This document shows, piece by piece, positions 25,568-37,596 of a stretch of 64,000 bases of DNA; within the stretch, counting starts at the first letter, position 1, and each line of letters begins with the position of its first letter. Source of the stretch: Lama glama. Taxonomy: Eukaryota. The notes under the pieces are model-generated. The model ran no database searches, had not been told where the DNA came from, and saw nothing but the letters and a program-made list of their open reading frames with translations. Where the stretch lies: assembly GCA_028534125.1 (NCBI GenBank), contig CM052817.1, positions 69,752,001 through 69,816,000 on the forward strand, in the 5' to 3' direction. Made by a program: the position numbers and the translations under genes.

Positions 25568-26847
25568 AACCCGGGTTTCTGGTCCAGTATACATGGAGCC
25601 TAGAAGTCACCACTCTGTCCTAACAACAAGTAAGAAGCTGGACAAACAGAAAAATTGACTCTTCTTGAAGTCTTCAGAGAAGTAAAGTCATAGGGCAAAC
25701 TGCTGCCTTGAAATTGGAGAGACAGACAGACAGATACAAAGAATCACAACTTACCAGAGCAGAAACCCATGAGCAGAACCCAGAAACCTGCAGGGAAACC
25801 AAGGCAGGGATGATATAATTGTCTATGTAAGAACTCTGAAAGAATCAACCAAAAAGAAAAAAAAAACCATCTGGGAACTAAGTGATTATAGTGAGGTTAC
25901 AGGATATAGATTAATATACAAAAGCCAGTCACTTTATTATATACTAGCAATGAACAAGTGGAAAACTTGAAATTTGCCATTTAAATAACCACCCCTAAAA
26001 TGAAATACATATAAATTTAACAAAATATGTACAGGATCTACATAAGGAAAACTACAAAGCTCTGATGAACGATATAAAAGAACTAAATAAATGGAGAGAT
26101 ATTCCATGTTCTTAGATAAGAAGACTTGATATTGTCAAGATGACAGTTCTTTCCAACTTGATCTATAGATTCAGTGCAATCCCATCAAAATCCCAGCAAG
26201 TTATTGTGTGAATATCAAGAATCTGATTCTAAAGTTTATATGGAGAGGGAAAAGCCCCAGAATAGTCATATCAATATTAAAGAACAGAGTCAGAGAACTG
26301 GCACTACCTTACTTCAAGACTTACTATAAAGTTACAGTAATCAAGAGAGTATGATATTGGTGAAAGAATGATGGACAAGTCAATGGAACAGAATAGAGAC
26401 TCTAGAAAGAGACGCACATAAATAAAGTCAACCAAGGTTTGACAATGGAGCAAAGACTGTTTTCAATAAGTGGTGCTTGAACAACTGGTCATTCACTCAT
26501 GCAAAAAAAAAAAAAAGAATCTAGACACAAAGCATACACCCTTTCGAAAAATTAACTAAAAATGAATCATAGATCTAAATATGAAATGCAGAACTATAAA
26601 ACTTCTAGGAAATAACATAGGAGAAAACTTAACTCACCTTGAGTATGAAGATGACTTTCTAGATACCACAACAAAGGCACAATCTATGAAGGAAATAATT
26701 GATAATCTGCACTTCTCTAAAATTAAAAACTTGTGTTCTATGAAAGACAATGTCAAGAGAATGAGAAGACAAGGTACAGACTGAGAGAAAATATTTGCAA
26801 AAGACACATTTGATAAAGAACTGTTATCCAAAATATACAAAGAACTG
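25568..26847 (+). mobile_element. Old L1 (L1MC-like): about 240 bp of 5' UTR fused directly to ORF2 from the RT DD motif onward
   Basis: 5' part 'gtcctaacaacaagtaagaagctg..aaattggagagacagac..gaatcacaacttacc' resembles an L1MCa 5' end. ORF 26581..26784 (TIKLLGNNIGENL..IIDNLHFSKIKNLCS) is homologous to ORF2. Confidence 0.85.
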
Positions 26848-26920
26848 TTTTTTTCCCCTCTAAGATTATCTAGCACGTTTACATGTAAAAAAATTAGAAA
26901 CCACTTGACATGTATATATA

Positions 26921-26922
<2 letters not shown>

Positions 26923-26955
<33 letters not shown>
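26923..26955. repeat. (AC)16 microsatellite
   Basis: Read directly from sequence. Confidence 0.95.
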
Positions 26956-26957
<2 letters not shown>

Positions 26958-27519
26958 AACTGAAGCATCTTTCTTTAGGATCTGAAATATTAACCTTTGG
27001 ATAAGACTGTAGCTGTAGACAGCACATCAATTCCCAAACTGAAAGATTCCCATATTTATCTCAGAATTGCCATGGGAAATGCTAGTTGTGCATTATTAAC
27101 CATCCTCTCCTCAGGGGACAATCCTGAGGGAACACTCCATTGCTTAAACATGAAATTTATCTTCACTACACACGTAGGCTTTGCCAAACTCTTTTGAAAA
27201 GCCATTTATTTAGAAGGTTTATTTGATCAATCTAGTTTGCAACCAAAATAACTTCTAGTTCTGCAGTCAAAATTTGGAGCGTATTTTCAAGCAGAATTGA
27301 ATCCCATACATTAAAAGATAAATATGAAATAAACCTTAGTAAAACAACCCATAGTAGCCACATAACCAAGATGAAAGGTTCACTACTAAGCTGGGTCAAA
27401 ATTATATGCATATAAAAGGCACTATGTGTATATATATATAATTTTTAAAATTTTTGTGGTCAAAATAAACAACCAAGCTGTTTAATTTACTCCCTTCTTG
27501 TCAATCAAAGAATTTCTCT

Positions 27520-27790
27520 AGTGGGTAGTACAATTTAGTGGTTAAGACTGCAGGTTCTGGAGTCAGACTCCCTGCATTTGAATGACTTCCCACCATTTAC
27601 TAGCTCTGCACCCCTGGCCAAGTTATTTAACTTTCTCAGGGCCTCAGTTTCACCTTCTGCAGAAGAGGGGAAGCAAATCTACTAGTTTCATAGGGTTGCT
27701 GTGAGGATAAGATAGAAAATACAATTAACATGGCTAGAACAGCATTGATGCAGAAAACATTTGCAAATTATTATTAATATTATTTAATAC
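27520..27790 (+). mobile_element. MIR, near full length
   Basis: 'tagtggttaagactgcaggttctggagtcagac..ttactagctctg..aagttatttaac..gcctcagttt..catagggttgctgtgaggat'. Confidence 0.85.
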
Positions 27791-27947
27791 TATTGTAATT
27801 TCTCATTTTGTTTCCCAATTTTCCATCTGAGTCTTCCAGCTTAGAATAAAAGTCGCCATTAAAGGGAGATCAGGTGTCTACATCTCCACATGTCTCCACA
27901 GCTAACACAATATTGGATGCATAGCATGGACTCACTACATATTTTAT

Positions 27948-28090
27948 GGAAGAAGGAAAGGAAGGAAGGAAAAAAGAGATATGAAGGAGGGCAGCAGGGT
28001 GGGAGAGGGAAGGGAGGTGGAGAGGGGAGAAGAAGGGAGAGGGGAGAGAAGAGAGAAGAAAATAAAGGAGTGAAAAAAAGTGAAAATGGA
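27948..28090 (+). repeat. Purine-rich low-complexity (GA/GGAA) tract
   Basis: Read directly from sequence. Confidence 0.85.
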
Positions 28091-29732
28091 AATATATAGT
28101 CAGGAGTAAAAAACCAATTATATGGCACGATTTCATGTTTGGTAGTAGAACTCTCCTATTAATTTCACAGGTAATTTGATTCTACTTTTCCCAATTCTAC
28201 TTAATATTTTTGATAAGTGTGTTCAGTCACAACAGTTTGAATCATTACAGACATGCTTTCTAGTTAGCTTCCCAAATTTTTAAAGCATTGAGTTCATTTA
28301 GTTTATAAACACACGTTGAAAGGTATGAGGGGAAACACAGAGTGAAGCATAAATTCATGCACACGGGCTAATTCAAAGTTTAGCTTTTAGACTTGTTTAC
28401 GTCAAAATCCATTTCCATAAGTAGGTATTGACCAAACAATTAGGTAGTTTAATTTGTTAATTTAAGAGTGTTATAATCTTGACAAGAAGTAATACGATTG
28501 TTATTCTATTTAAGATAAAAAATTAAAAATTTTTTAAGTTTACTGGATAGTGAAATTATAATCATACATGGTAATGAAAAAGAATGACAAAATGTAATGA
28601 AATATAAAAACAAATTCAAAACTGGTAATTATCCTAATTTAACTAAATCTAATTAGAATGAATTTTGGGTAGTCTAAGTGGTCTAGTTTGGCTGACTAGA
28701 TTTTCCCCTAATAGTCAATTTTTCTCTTCACTTTGTACCTGAGAAACTTGGTACAAAGGTATTTGCATGTAATTTGAAATGACCTATTTTTCATGATTTT
28801 CCAGTAAAGCTAATTTGTCTAGAATAAATATTTTCCCAAAATTTTGTGCTCTACTGATAGGGCGTTTTTATCCACTAAACAAACATTTTCTTGTTTATAT
28901 TCTTGTGTGGGATAGTTCTTTTTAAAACCACTGTATTTATCCATCTACTTATCTTGCAAGTGGGATCATAATTTTTGTGGCTGTTCCATTTACTGTGAAA
29001 GGAATACAGTGTTTTACTACAAAAGGACACCAAAAAGCCCTTTAATTCTGGTACTTCTTACTCTTGAGTCATAAAAACAGGCTAGGATTATGGAAGAAAA
29101 AGATTAGAAGGCAGTGTTTATAACTGTAGGGGAAAACTATACCCTAAACTAGCTACAAAAATATGTCTTTTTAAAAACATCACACGCAGAACTGTGATTT
29201 TAAACCCCTTAATTTAACTTTGTTTTGCCTTTGAAGGGAAAAACTCATTGAACTTTAAATAGCTTTTAAATTTGGGGGCGGCAGGAAAAAAAATTTAACT
29301 CTACTCTCTCATTGAATTTTTCAAGTCCCAAAGCCACTATTTGTTGGATTACAAACAGTATTTGTAAGAGAGTCCCCTCACTAACTATGCACGTGTACAT
29401 GTCAACTACCATTTCTAGAGCTCATTTCCATACTAGTGACCAAAGGGTAAAGTCAAAATAAACCCAGTGGGTGGAACAAAGGCTAAGAAAGCAAAACTCT
29501 GTAAACTACAAGATCCCTATCTTTCTCATACTGAATTTTTAAGTATACTAAATAAAAGTGGGAAGAAAAAGAAGCTAGAGAAACTATTTTTTTTTTTGGC
29601 TTAAAGAAGATTGGGTAAATGTCTATGTTAAATCTCATAGGGAACCTAAATTATTAAATATAAATAATTATAAAATCAAAACCTGTAATCAGGCAAAGGT
29701 TAAAATAAATTTCCAAAAAATTTTATCTCCAT

Positions 29733-30010
29733 AAGTGGTTCTCAGCCCCAGCGCACATTAGAATCACCTGGAAAGCTTTTTTTTTAAATTGAAATATAGT
29801 CGGTTTACAATGTTGTGTCTATTTCTGATGTACAGCATAATGTTTCAGTCATACATATACATACACATACATATATTCCTTTTCATATTTTTTTGGAAAA
29901 CTTTGAAATAATACAAAATGAGATACTAAATTGTCCTGCCATGGGTACTAAGCATTGGCATTTTTAAAATCAGCAAGATGGTTTAATATGCAGAAGGGCT
30001 GATAACACAG
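29733..30010 (+). mobile_element. MER5A-like MITE split by an L1 3' end
   Basis: 'agtggttctca..cacattagaatcacctgg' at the start and 'ttttaaaatc..taatatgcag..gggctgataacac' at the end. Confidence 0.65.
29780..29893 (-). mobile_element. 114-bp L1 3' end
   Basis: TSD tggaaa(g/a)cttt at 29769-29779 and 29894-29904; 'ttgaaatatagtcggtttacaatgttgtgtc'. Confidence 0.85.
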
Positions 30011-31105
30011 ATCCACTTATGACCAAATAAATACTTGGAAAGATTTTTTAACCAAAGGAACAGTTGCTGAAGCATGAACAAACCCTCCCCAAGGGAGTGC
30101 AAGTGCCAGGCACTGTGTTAGGCTCTGAGGATACAAAGATATTTAAAAATTTTAAACTTTATAACATACCTGCAGTTCAAATTCTTTAAAACTTGTATTT
30201 TTAAAAAAAACTTCTATCATTTTTTCCTGTAAAGGAATATACATTAACATATATTTCTGATGAAGTAAGCTCTTTAAATATACCAAGCTTGATTTGAAAA
30301 TAAACTGTAATTTAAAAAATAAGAAAATAAATGGCAATAACAATTCAAGTATTTACTAATAAGAGTCAGAATTTCAAAGTAGATGACCAAAAGCCTCTTT
30401 TTCATATTTATATACAATCAGTTTTAATGAAAATTCTGAGAATAACAATGTCCATCACTTAGCCATAAAAAACCCAAGAGACTTTTCACAACATGAAGGA
30501 GACAGAAATCATGAACTCTGAAAAACAAGAAAATGCGAAGAAACCAGTTGAGGCTAGTGCTTTTGGGATAGTCAGAGAAAGGAGGCTGCTTACAGGCAGC
30601 AGAGAAGCTGAGGTGGTAAAATGATTTTGAAGGATTAAAATTAAAGAAGTTGAACCCTGCCTCTCCCAGCATCCACAGCCAGAAATTTAATGTGACTTTA
30701 TTTCTCTTAATATGAGAATTCTAAGGCATCATAACATTCCATTTTCAACTGTGACACACACACAAAAAATACTCCAAAGTTAAGTGAAATTATCTCTAGA
30801 TTATTGATAAACAAATTAAAAACTTTACAGATTAAGTGTTTCCAATTGGTTGGCTTTGGGGATTTGATCCATAAAGGAGAACTTTATCAAAAACTGAGAG
30901 CTTGAACTTAAAAGAGCATAAACAGTATCTTGGACTCTGTTTGAATACCCAAATAAATATTGGTGCTAGCATTATGACCAGCACTAACATATATTGGTCT
31001 GATTCCAAAATGTTTCACAAGGAAATCTGGAGGGTACAGCTCACCTATTATAAACTATTAATCTAAAATATATAAAGTTTTCCTCAGATTTAAAAGAATC
31101 TCTAT

Positions 31106-31241
31106 GAGGAATGGGTATAGCTCAGTGGTAGAGCCCATGCTTAGCATGTGTGAGGCCCTGGGTTCAACCTCCAGTACCTCCATAAAAAATAAAATAAAAT
31201 AAAATAAAATAAAATAAAATAAAATAAAATAAAATAAAATA
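31106..31241 (+). mobile_element. tRNA-Ala-derived camelid SINE with (AAAAT)11 tail
   Basis: 'gggtatagctcagtggtagagcccatgcttagcatg..gggttcaac'. TSD aatctctat at 31097-31105 and 31242-31250. Confidence 0.9.
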
Positions 31242-31274
31242 AATCTCTATTCAAAGGCCACTTGTAAAAAAGCA

Positions 31275-31327
31275 TTATTTTTGAGAAACGTGTAGTGTTT
31301 ATTTTTGAGAAACGTGTAATGTTTATT
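31275..31327. repeat. 24-bp tandem duplication
   Basis: ttatttttgagaaacgtgta(g/a)tgt twice, then ttatt. Confidence 0.9.
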
Positions 31328-31489
31328 ATATATCCTTATACTTGATTTCCTGAGAACTCCAATGCTTTTTCAATTGTGCTCTATCTAAAAAAGTTCTTAT
31401 CACTTAATATCTTTGGAGTAGTCCGCTAGTCCTATATATAAGTTGTTATTACCATTAACGCCCTGGTAATAAAAATGATACGTGATGAG

Positions 31490-31680
31490 ACAATTCATTG
31501 GGCTCTACTATATACCAGGTCCTCAATGTATACAAAATATTTTTTAATATATTATCTCATTTAATCCTCACAGTTAACTTATTTATTCATATTTTAAGAC
31601 TGAGAGGACTGAGGCTAAGCAAGATTTTAAAAATTGCCCAAGGTCACAGAGTTAATAAGTATCAGAACTAAAACCAAAGT
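31490..31680 (-). mobile_element. MIR
   Basis: 'attatctcatttaatcctcaca..actgaggct..ttgcccaaggtcacagagttaataagt'. Confidence 0.75.
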
Positions 31681-32348
31681 TCTTTAGTTTTCTTTTTCTT
31701 CTTTCTAATTTAGAAATCTAATAAATTCCAATATTGTATGTTCACTGTAGGAAAATTCTAAAATATAAAAAAGTCAAAAAGAATAAACAGGCTTGGTCCT
31801 GAAAGATAACTGCTGAAGAATTTTCAGTGTATTTGTTTTCCATATTTCTGCTGCACATTTTAAACCAGAGCCTGCAATCTAAGTACTCAGCTTGGGTAAC
31901 CTCTCTATGCTTCTTTCCATGTACTTCCAAAATTTGCCCTTTTAGAGATTCCCTGGTCAACTTCTGTCCCTCATACCTACAATCTGGTTAGAAATACACA
32001 CAAATGCAGAAGGAGTTTTACCTCCCTCCCTACCTCCTCCATGGATATTGATCCCTCTGCCGTATCTATCCCCTATCAAAACACTGGCAAAAGGAAAGAA
32101 GCAAAACAGATGACCAAACAAACAGAAGAGTACTTCAAAACACACCAAAGTATCATAATAAGTCACCAGAAATGATGTCTTAGGTCTCAGAGTGTAGAGA
32201 ATAGAAGTTGTCATCAACCCAGTTCTCTGGAGAATCAAGAGAATGCAAGGTAGAATCTTTAAAGTTCAACAGGAATCTAAGGCGGTATGCTTTCATCTCT
32301 AAGGAACACACACACACACAGCTTACAACTGTCTCTCTAGTGACTGTA

Positions 32349-33870
32349 CTCTTTTTTTTTCCCTGTTCATTTACAATATTATAGTAGTTTCAGGTGTACA
32401 ACATAGTTATACACTACTTTTATAGATTATACTCCACTTAAAGTTATTATAAAATATTGGCTATATTCCCTGTGCTGTATAATATATCCTTGTAGCTAAT
32501 TTATTTTCTACAAAGGAGTTTGTATCTCTTAATCCCCTATTCCTATCTTGCCCCTCCCCCCACCTCTCTCCTCACTAGTAACCACTAATTTGTGGTCTAT
32601 ATCTGTGAGCCTGTTTCTATTTTGTTATATTGCTTTGTTTATTTTATATTTTAGATGCCACATCAAAGTGAAATCATGTAGTATTTGTATTATACTTATT
32701 TTCTAAGTATAATACCCTCCAGGTCTATCTGTTTGTTGTTGCAAATGGCATATTTTCATTCACTTTTATGGCTGAGTAATATTCCACTATGTATGTATAT
32801 CACAGATTTTTTTATCCATTCATCTATTGATGGACACTTAGGCTGCTTTCATATCTTGGCTTTTGTAAATAATGCTGCTATGAACATGAGGGTGTATGTA
32901 TCTTCTCAAATTAATATTTTTGTTTCCATTAGATATATGCACAGGAGTGAAATTGCTGGATCATATGGTAATTCTATTTTTAGCTTTTTGAGGAACCTCC
33001 ATAATGTTTTCTACAGTGGCTGCACCAATTTACATTCCTACCAACAATGTTCAAGTGTTCCCTTTTCTGCACATCCTCACCAACATTTATTTGTGGTCTT
33101 TTTGATGATAGCCATGCCAACAGGTGTGAGGTGATAACTTATTTTGGCTTTGATTTATATTTCCCTGATGATTAGTGATATTGAGAATGTTTTCATGTGT
33201 TTGTTGGTCATCTGTATGTCTTCCTTGGAAAAATGTCTATTTAGGTCTTCTGCCCATTTTTTAATCAGGTCATTTGTTTTTTTAATGAGCTGCTTAGATA
33301 TTTTGGCTATTAACCCCTCATCAGATACATCACTTGCAAATATTTTCTCCCATTCAGTAGATTGTCTTTTTGTTTTGTCAAGGGTTTCCTTTGCTGTACC
33401 AAAGCTTTTAAGTTTAATTAGGTTTCATTTGTTTATTTTTGCTTTTGTTTCATTTGCCTGAGGAGACAGGTCCAAGAAAATATTGCTACTATTTATGTCA
33501 AAGAGTGTTCTGCCTATGTTTTCTTCTAGGAGTTTTATGATTTCTGGTCTTGATTTAAGTCTTTAATCCATTTTGAGTTTATTTTTGTATATTATGTGAG
33601 AAAATGTCCTAATTTCATTCTTTTACATGTAACTGTCCAGTTTTCCCAGCACCTCTTATTGAAGAGACTATCTTTTCCTCATTGTATATTTTTCCCTCCT
33701 TTGTCATAGATTAATTGACCATATGTGCATGGGCTTATTTCTGGGCTCTCTATTCTACTCCATCAATCTGTATGCATTTTTGTGCCAGAACCACACCATT
33801 TTGATTACTGTAGTGTTGTAATATACTCTGAAGTCAGGGAGCATGGTTCCTCCAGCTTTGTTCTTTTTTC
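32349..33870 (-). mobile_element. 1.5-kb 5'-truncated L1 (ORF2 C-terminus plus 3' UTR)
   Basis: Perfect 12-bp TSD ctagtgactgta at 32337-32348 and 33871-33882; poly-T head; continuous antisense L1 sequence. Confidence 0.95.
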
Positions 33871-35644
33871 CTAGTGACTGTATTATTGAGTCAGTATTTC
33901 TGAAACACAAATTTCAGAAAGTGTAGATTCCTGTGACTTCCTTGAAGGATATCTCCTTTGGAGATAGCTATGGTAATGCAAGACATAGTTGCTCTTTAAT
34001 CAGCAGTTTCATTTCTAGAAATGTATTCTTCAGACCTATTCAAACATATGCACAGAGAGTATATACAAAAATATTAGTAGAGCATTGTTTGTAATTGAGA
34101 AAAATTAGAAAGCATTTACATGGCCATCAATGAAAGGCTATTGTAGCTGCTGGGGACACAGAAGTTGTACCCACCCTCCTGGAGTTTCATCCCAGCAGAT
34201 GTCCGACTTATCCTGAAGTATCTGTCTTAGTCTAAAGCACATTCTGTGAATTTGCATTCTGGAACGTCTCCATTGTTACCTCAGATAATATCACTGAGAG
34301 ATAATAAAATTAGCTTTTCTTATGCTAGCACAGCAGGAATAACTAAATAGAGGACCAGCTAAGCTGTGTCTTTATTTTTGTTGTTGTTGTTTAAATTAAT
34401 CCACCTTAATTTTTTTATTCTACTGGAACTCTTAAAATATGCTTTTCTCTCCCCAAAGTGGCAAGGAAGTCACATTCTCTGTTTGCCTTCCGAATTCTCT
34501 TGCAATGGCAATGGCAGCTGGGTATCCAAATCAGTTTAAAAAACAGCAGAGTCACCCCTGGGGTCCTTTCACAATTTCCATGAAATTCAGTAATTGTGAA
34601 GCATAAGGAAGAGTGAAATTCCTTCATAGCCACTTTCCCAACGCAGAGGTTCAGGGACAAGGATTATAATGTGTGTTATACTCTGAATGTCAAACATTTC
34701 AAAATGTGAGCAAAATATATCTTTTGGAATCCAACTGAGCAACAAGTATTGTAAATCTTTGAATGTGATTGCAGCCAACAATTGTATGTACTTCCTAGAA
34801 ATTGTTTACCCTTTCTCACTAATGCAACTGATTAGAGAAAGATGGTGAAAATCAGGTCAAAAATCAATGTCTAAGCTATATATTTACTTTAAATAAATAC
34901 AATTTTATAACTTTCATATAATAACATATATGTATAACTATCATAAGAATCATGCCAAAAATTTTAACAAAAAATATAGTATATCCTTCTTTAAGACTAG
35001 GATGTTAACTATATGCAAATTGGACTCCCAGATTTAAAAACAGTTTGTCTTAAACAGTCTTTAAAGTCTCACATCTGTTATAAATTTCTGTATCAAGCCA
35101 TTTTGATAGGGCAAAAGGAAACCTCAGCATAACCAAATCCACTATGTTGTCACAAATTCAGAATAGTGAAATTATAGAATCTTAAGGTTGGAGGAAATCT
35201 TATAGATTATCTGGTTGAATCATCCACCAGATAGTTAGAATGTATTTGCTGGGCACCTACTATGTGCCAAGCCATTGCTAGGTGGTTTCTAGACTATTCT
35301 GAAAAAAATTTCTGAAGGGAGGAACTCCTCACATCCTGAGCAGCCCATTTCTCCTTGGGAAGCTCTGACAATTAACTCTGAGCTGATAGCGATGTGTCCT
35401 CTGAAATTGCTCTTACCACATTTGTCACTGACCTCCCTATTTCAAGAATCAGTGCCTTGTTTTTAATTTCATATTGCTTGAACTACCTGGGGCATTTGAC
35501 ACCAATGACCACATCTTGTTTAGAACTTCTGGTCTAATTTCATTTCTTCCCTCCAAATTAGATCAGATCCCCTAATTAGAAGTGCCCTGCTTTTGCACCC
35601 TATAAATTTCCTACAAAACACTGATGAGAGTTTGTAAATGAATG

Positions 35645-36050
35645 CTTCAGAGCATAGACCTTAGTTCCAGACAGCTTAGATTCAAATCCTGCTCTAATAC
35701 ACACTAGTTGTGTGACCTTGGGCAACTTTTCTCTATACATCTATAAAATGAGGATAATATCGATACCTACCTTAGGTTGTTATGAGTATCAAACAAGTTA
35801 ATACTTTTTTCTTTATATTAGATTTTTTTAGTTAAGTATAATCAGTTTACAATGTTGTGTCAATTTCTAGAGTATAGCATATTTCAGTCATACATACACA
35901 TACATATATTTTTTTATATTCTTTTTTGTTAAAGGTTACTATAAGATACTAACTATAGTTCCCTGTGCTGTAAGTATAAACTTGAAAACAAGTAAATACT
36001 TATAAAGTGCTTAAAACAATATAACTTGCAAATAGTAAGCACCACGTGTT
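35645..36050 (+). mobile_element. MIR split by an L1 3' end
   Basis: 'ttcaaatcctgctct..ctagttgtgtgaccttgggcaa..catctataaaatgaggataat'; resumes 'ataaagtgcttaaaaca'. Confidence 0.8.
35807..35985 (-). mobile_element. L1 3' end, 5'-truncated
   Basis: 16-bp TSD aaacaagt(t/a)aatactt at 35791-35806 and 35986-36001. Confidence 0.88.
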
Positions 36051-37596
36051 TGTAAATTAAACAGATTTAATTAAAATCTATGGTCTCTATTAAATTATAA
36101 ATTCTATGAGGATAAGATGAAATCATGTCTAGTCTGCTCACCATTTTATGTCCACTGCCTAGTTCTGTCTTTTGTATCAAAATGTTTGTTGAGTGAGTGA
36201 AAGTATAAATATACACGTAAGGAAGAATCAAACAAAGTGGGATAGCTTTTACTGTCTCGTGTGAGGAGTGCACGCACTCAAGGGGCATCCACACCTGGCC
36301 CAGAATGGTTATTGGCAAACACCTATTCCAGACAATTTCTCTGGAATATTCCCTCCTTCTTGACAGCACTCAACTGATGACCCTTGGTCTCTTCTGACTT
36401 TCATGTTTCTGGTTTTATTAGCTGAGCTTGAGAAATGCTCTGGCCCCTTCGATCTCAGCAACCTAAAAAGATATCACTCGCTAGCACACTGAATGGGCTT
36501 CCCCCTTAGCCTTCAGTTTTTACTTACTCCCTTGATTTTGGTGTTTACTCCAAGCCCAAGGTCCACAGCTGGTGTGCATTTAAGCAGACAGTAGGACTCA
36601 GGTGTCAGCTTATGATATATGATGTCATTTAAAATCTAGAAGTCTGCAGTGCTTGGGTAGAAGGAAAAGAAATTTGAAAATCTACTACTCAGAATTTTTT
36701 ATTCTCTTTATTTCTCTGGCAGTAGGATCTTTCCATTCTGGCCAGATCTAAAGATATGGATACATTTTGCCTTGGTATATTTGGTACAATCAGCTTTGCA
36801 TTTGCAACTTTGCTCTGTTTTGTTCTTGTTGTTGAGCTCTCTGTTGTCTTCTAAGTGCTTTATAGCATTTAGATCTTTCAAAACACTGGGACCATGCCAG
36901 AAATTATTAGCAAAAGGGAAGATAATGGGGGTGAAAAATCAACACTGCTATAAAATGGTAGCAAGATCCTCATGGTCTTTAGGTTAAGAGATAATGATAG
37001 AATGTGGGAGAGAAGGGGTAACGGCAAATAGACTTTGTGTAAAAATCTAAGAGTAGTTTCTTCATGTGATATTTAGTCATTAGGTTGTGAATAGGTGCCC
37101 ACTGTAAAATTTGAAAGCTACTGCATAACAATTCAGGGGTATCAAAATGAGTTTATCTGTCTCTGTTCATTTCCTTCAGGCAGAACTATTATTAGTAGAA
37201 CTTGGTTGGGAAGGTAGACCTGTTGACCTTTGAAAGTCAAGAGAATTAATGCAACAGAACCAGAGGATAACTAAGGTCGGAGATCACAGAAAGGGCTCTT
37301 CAAATCAGCCCTTTCTCACCATCTCAATTTCCCCTCTGGATAGTTCTCAAGAAAATAAACTGGAAGTACTTATAAGGTGTATATAAATAGATTATATTTG
37401 CCCAGAAACAAGTCCTTTTCTTAGAGCAGAAAAGTGGTAGTAATCTTAACTCCAAATTACATGGTTTTATAATCATTAAAATATTCCAGTCGTTTCAAAC
37501 ACACACACATGCATCACATTTAAAAGTTACTATTTGAGAATTTTTTATAAATGTTAATTTTGTTGTTGTTGTTAAAGATTTATCTGGTGATATAAT

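Noticed and set aside
27859..28136. Three overlapping ORFs
   Set aside because: Produced by the low-complexity purine tract.
31742..31978. Minus-strand open frame after an AG (YEGQKLTRESLKG...)
   Set aside because: No convincing donor and no recognisable homology.
32685..33461. Longest ORFs (149 aa and 105 aa, plus) and similar ORFs at 1277-1615, 11974-12210 and 61710-62590
   Set aside because: They lie antisense to L1 ORF2/3' sequence; recurrent spurious hydrophobic ORFs, not genes.
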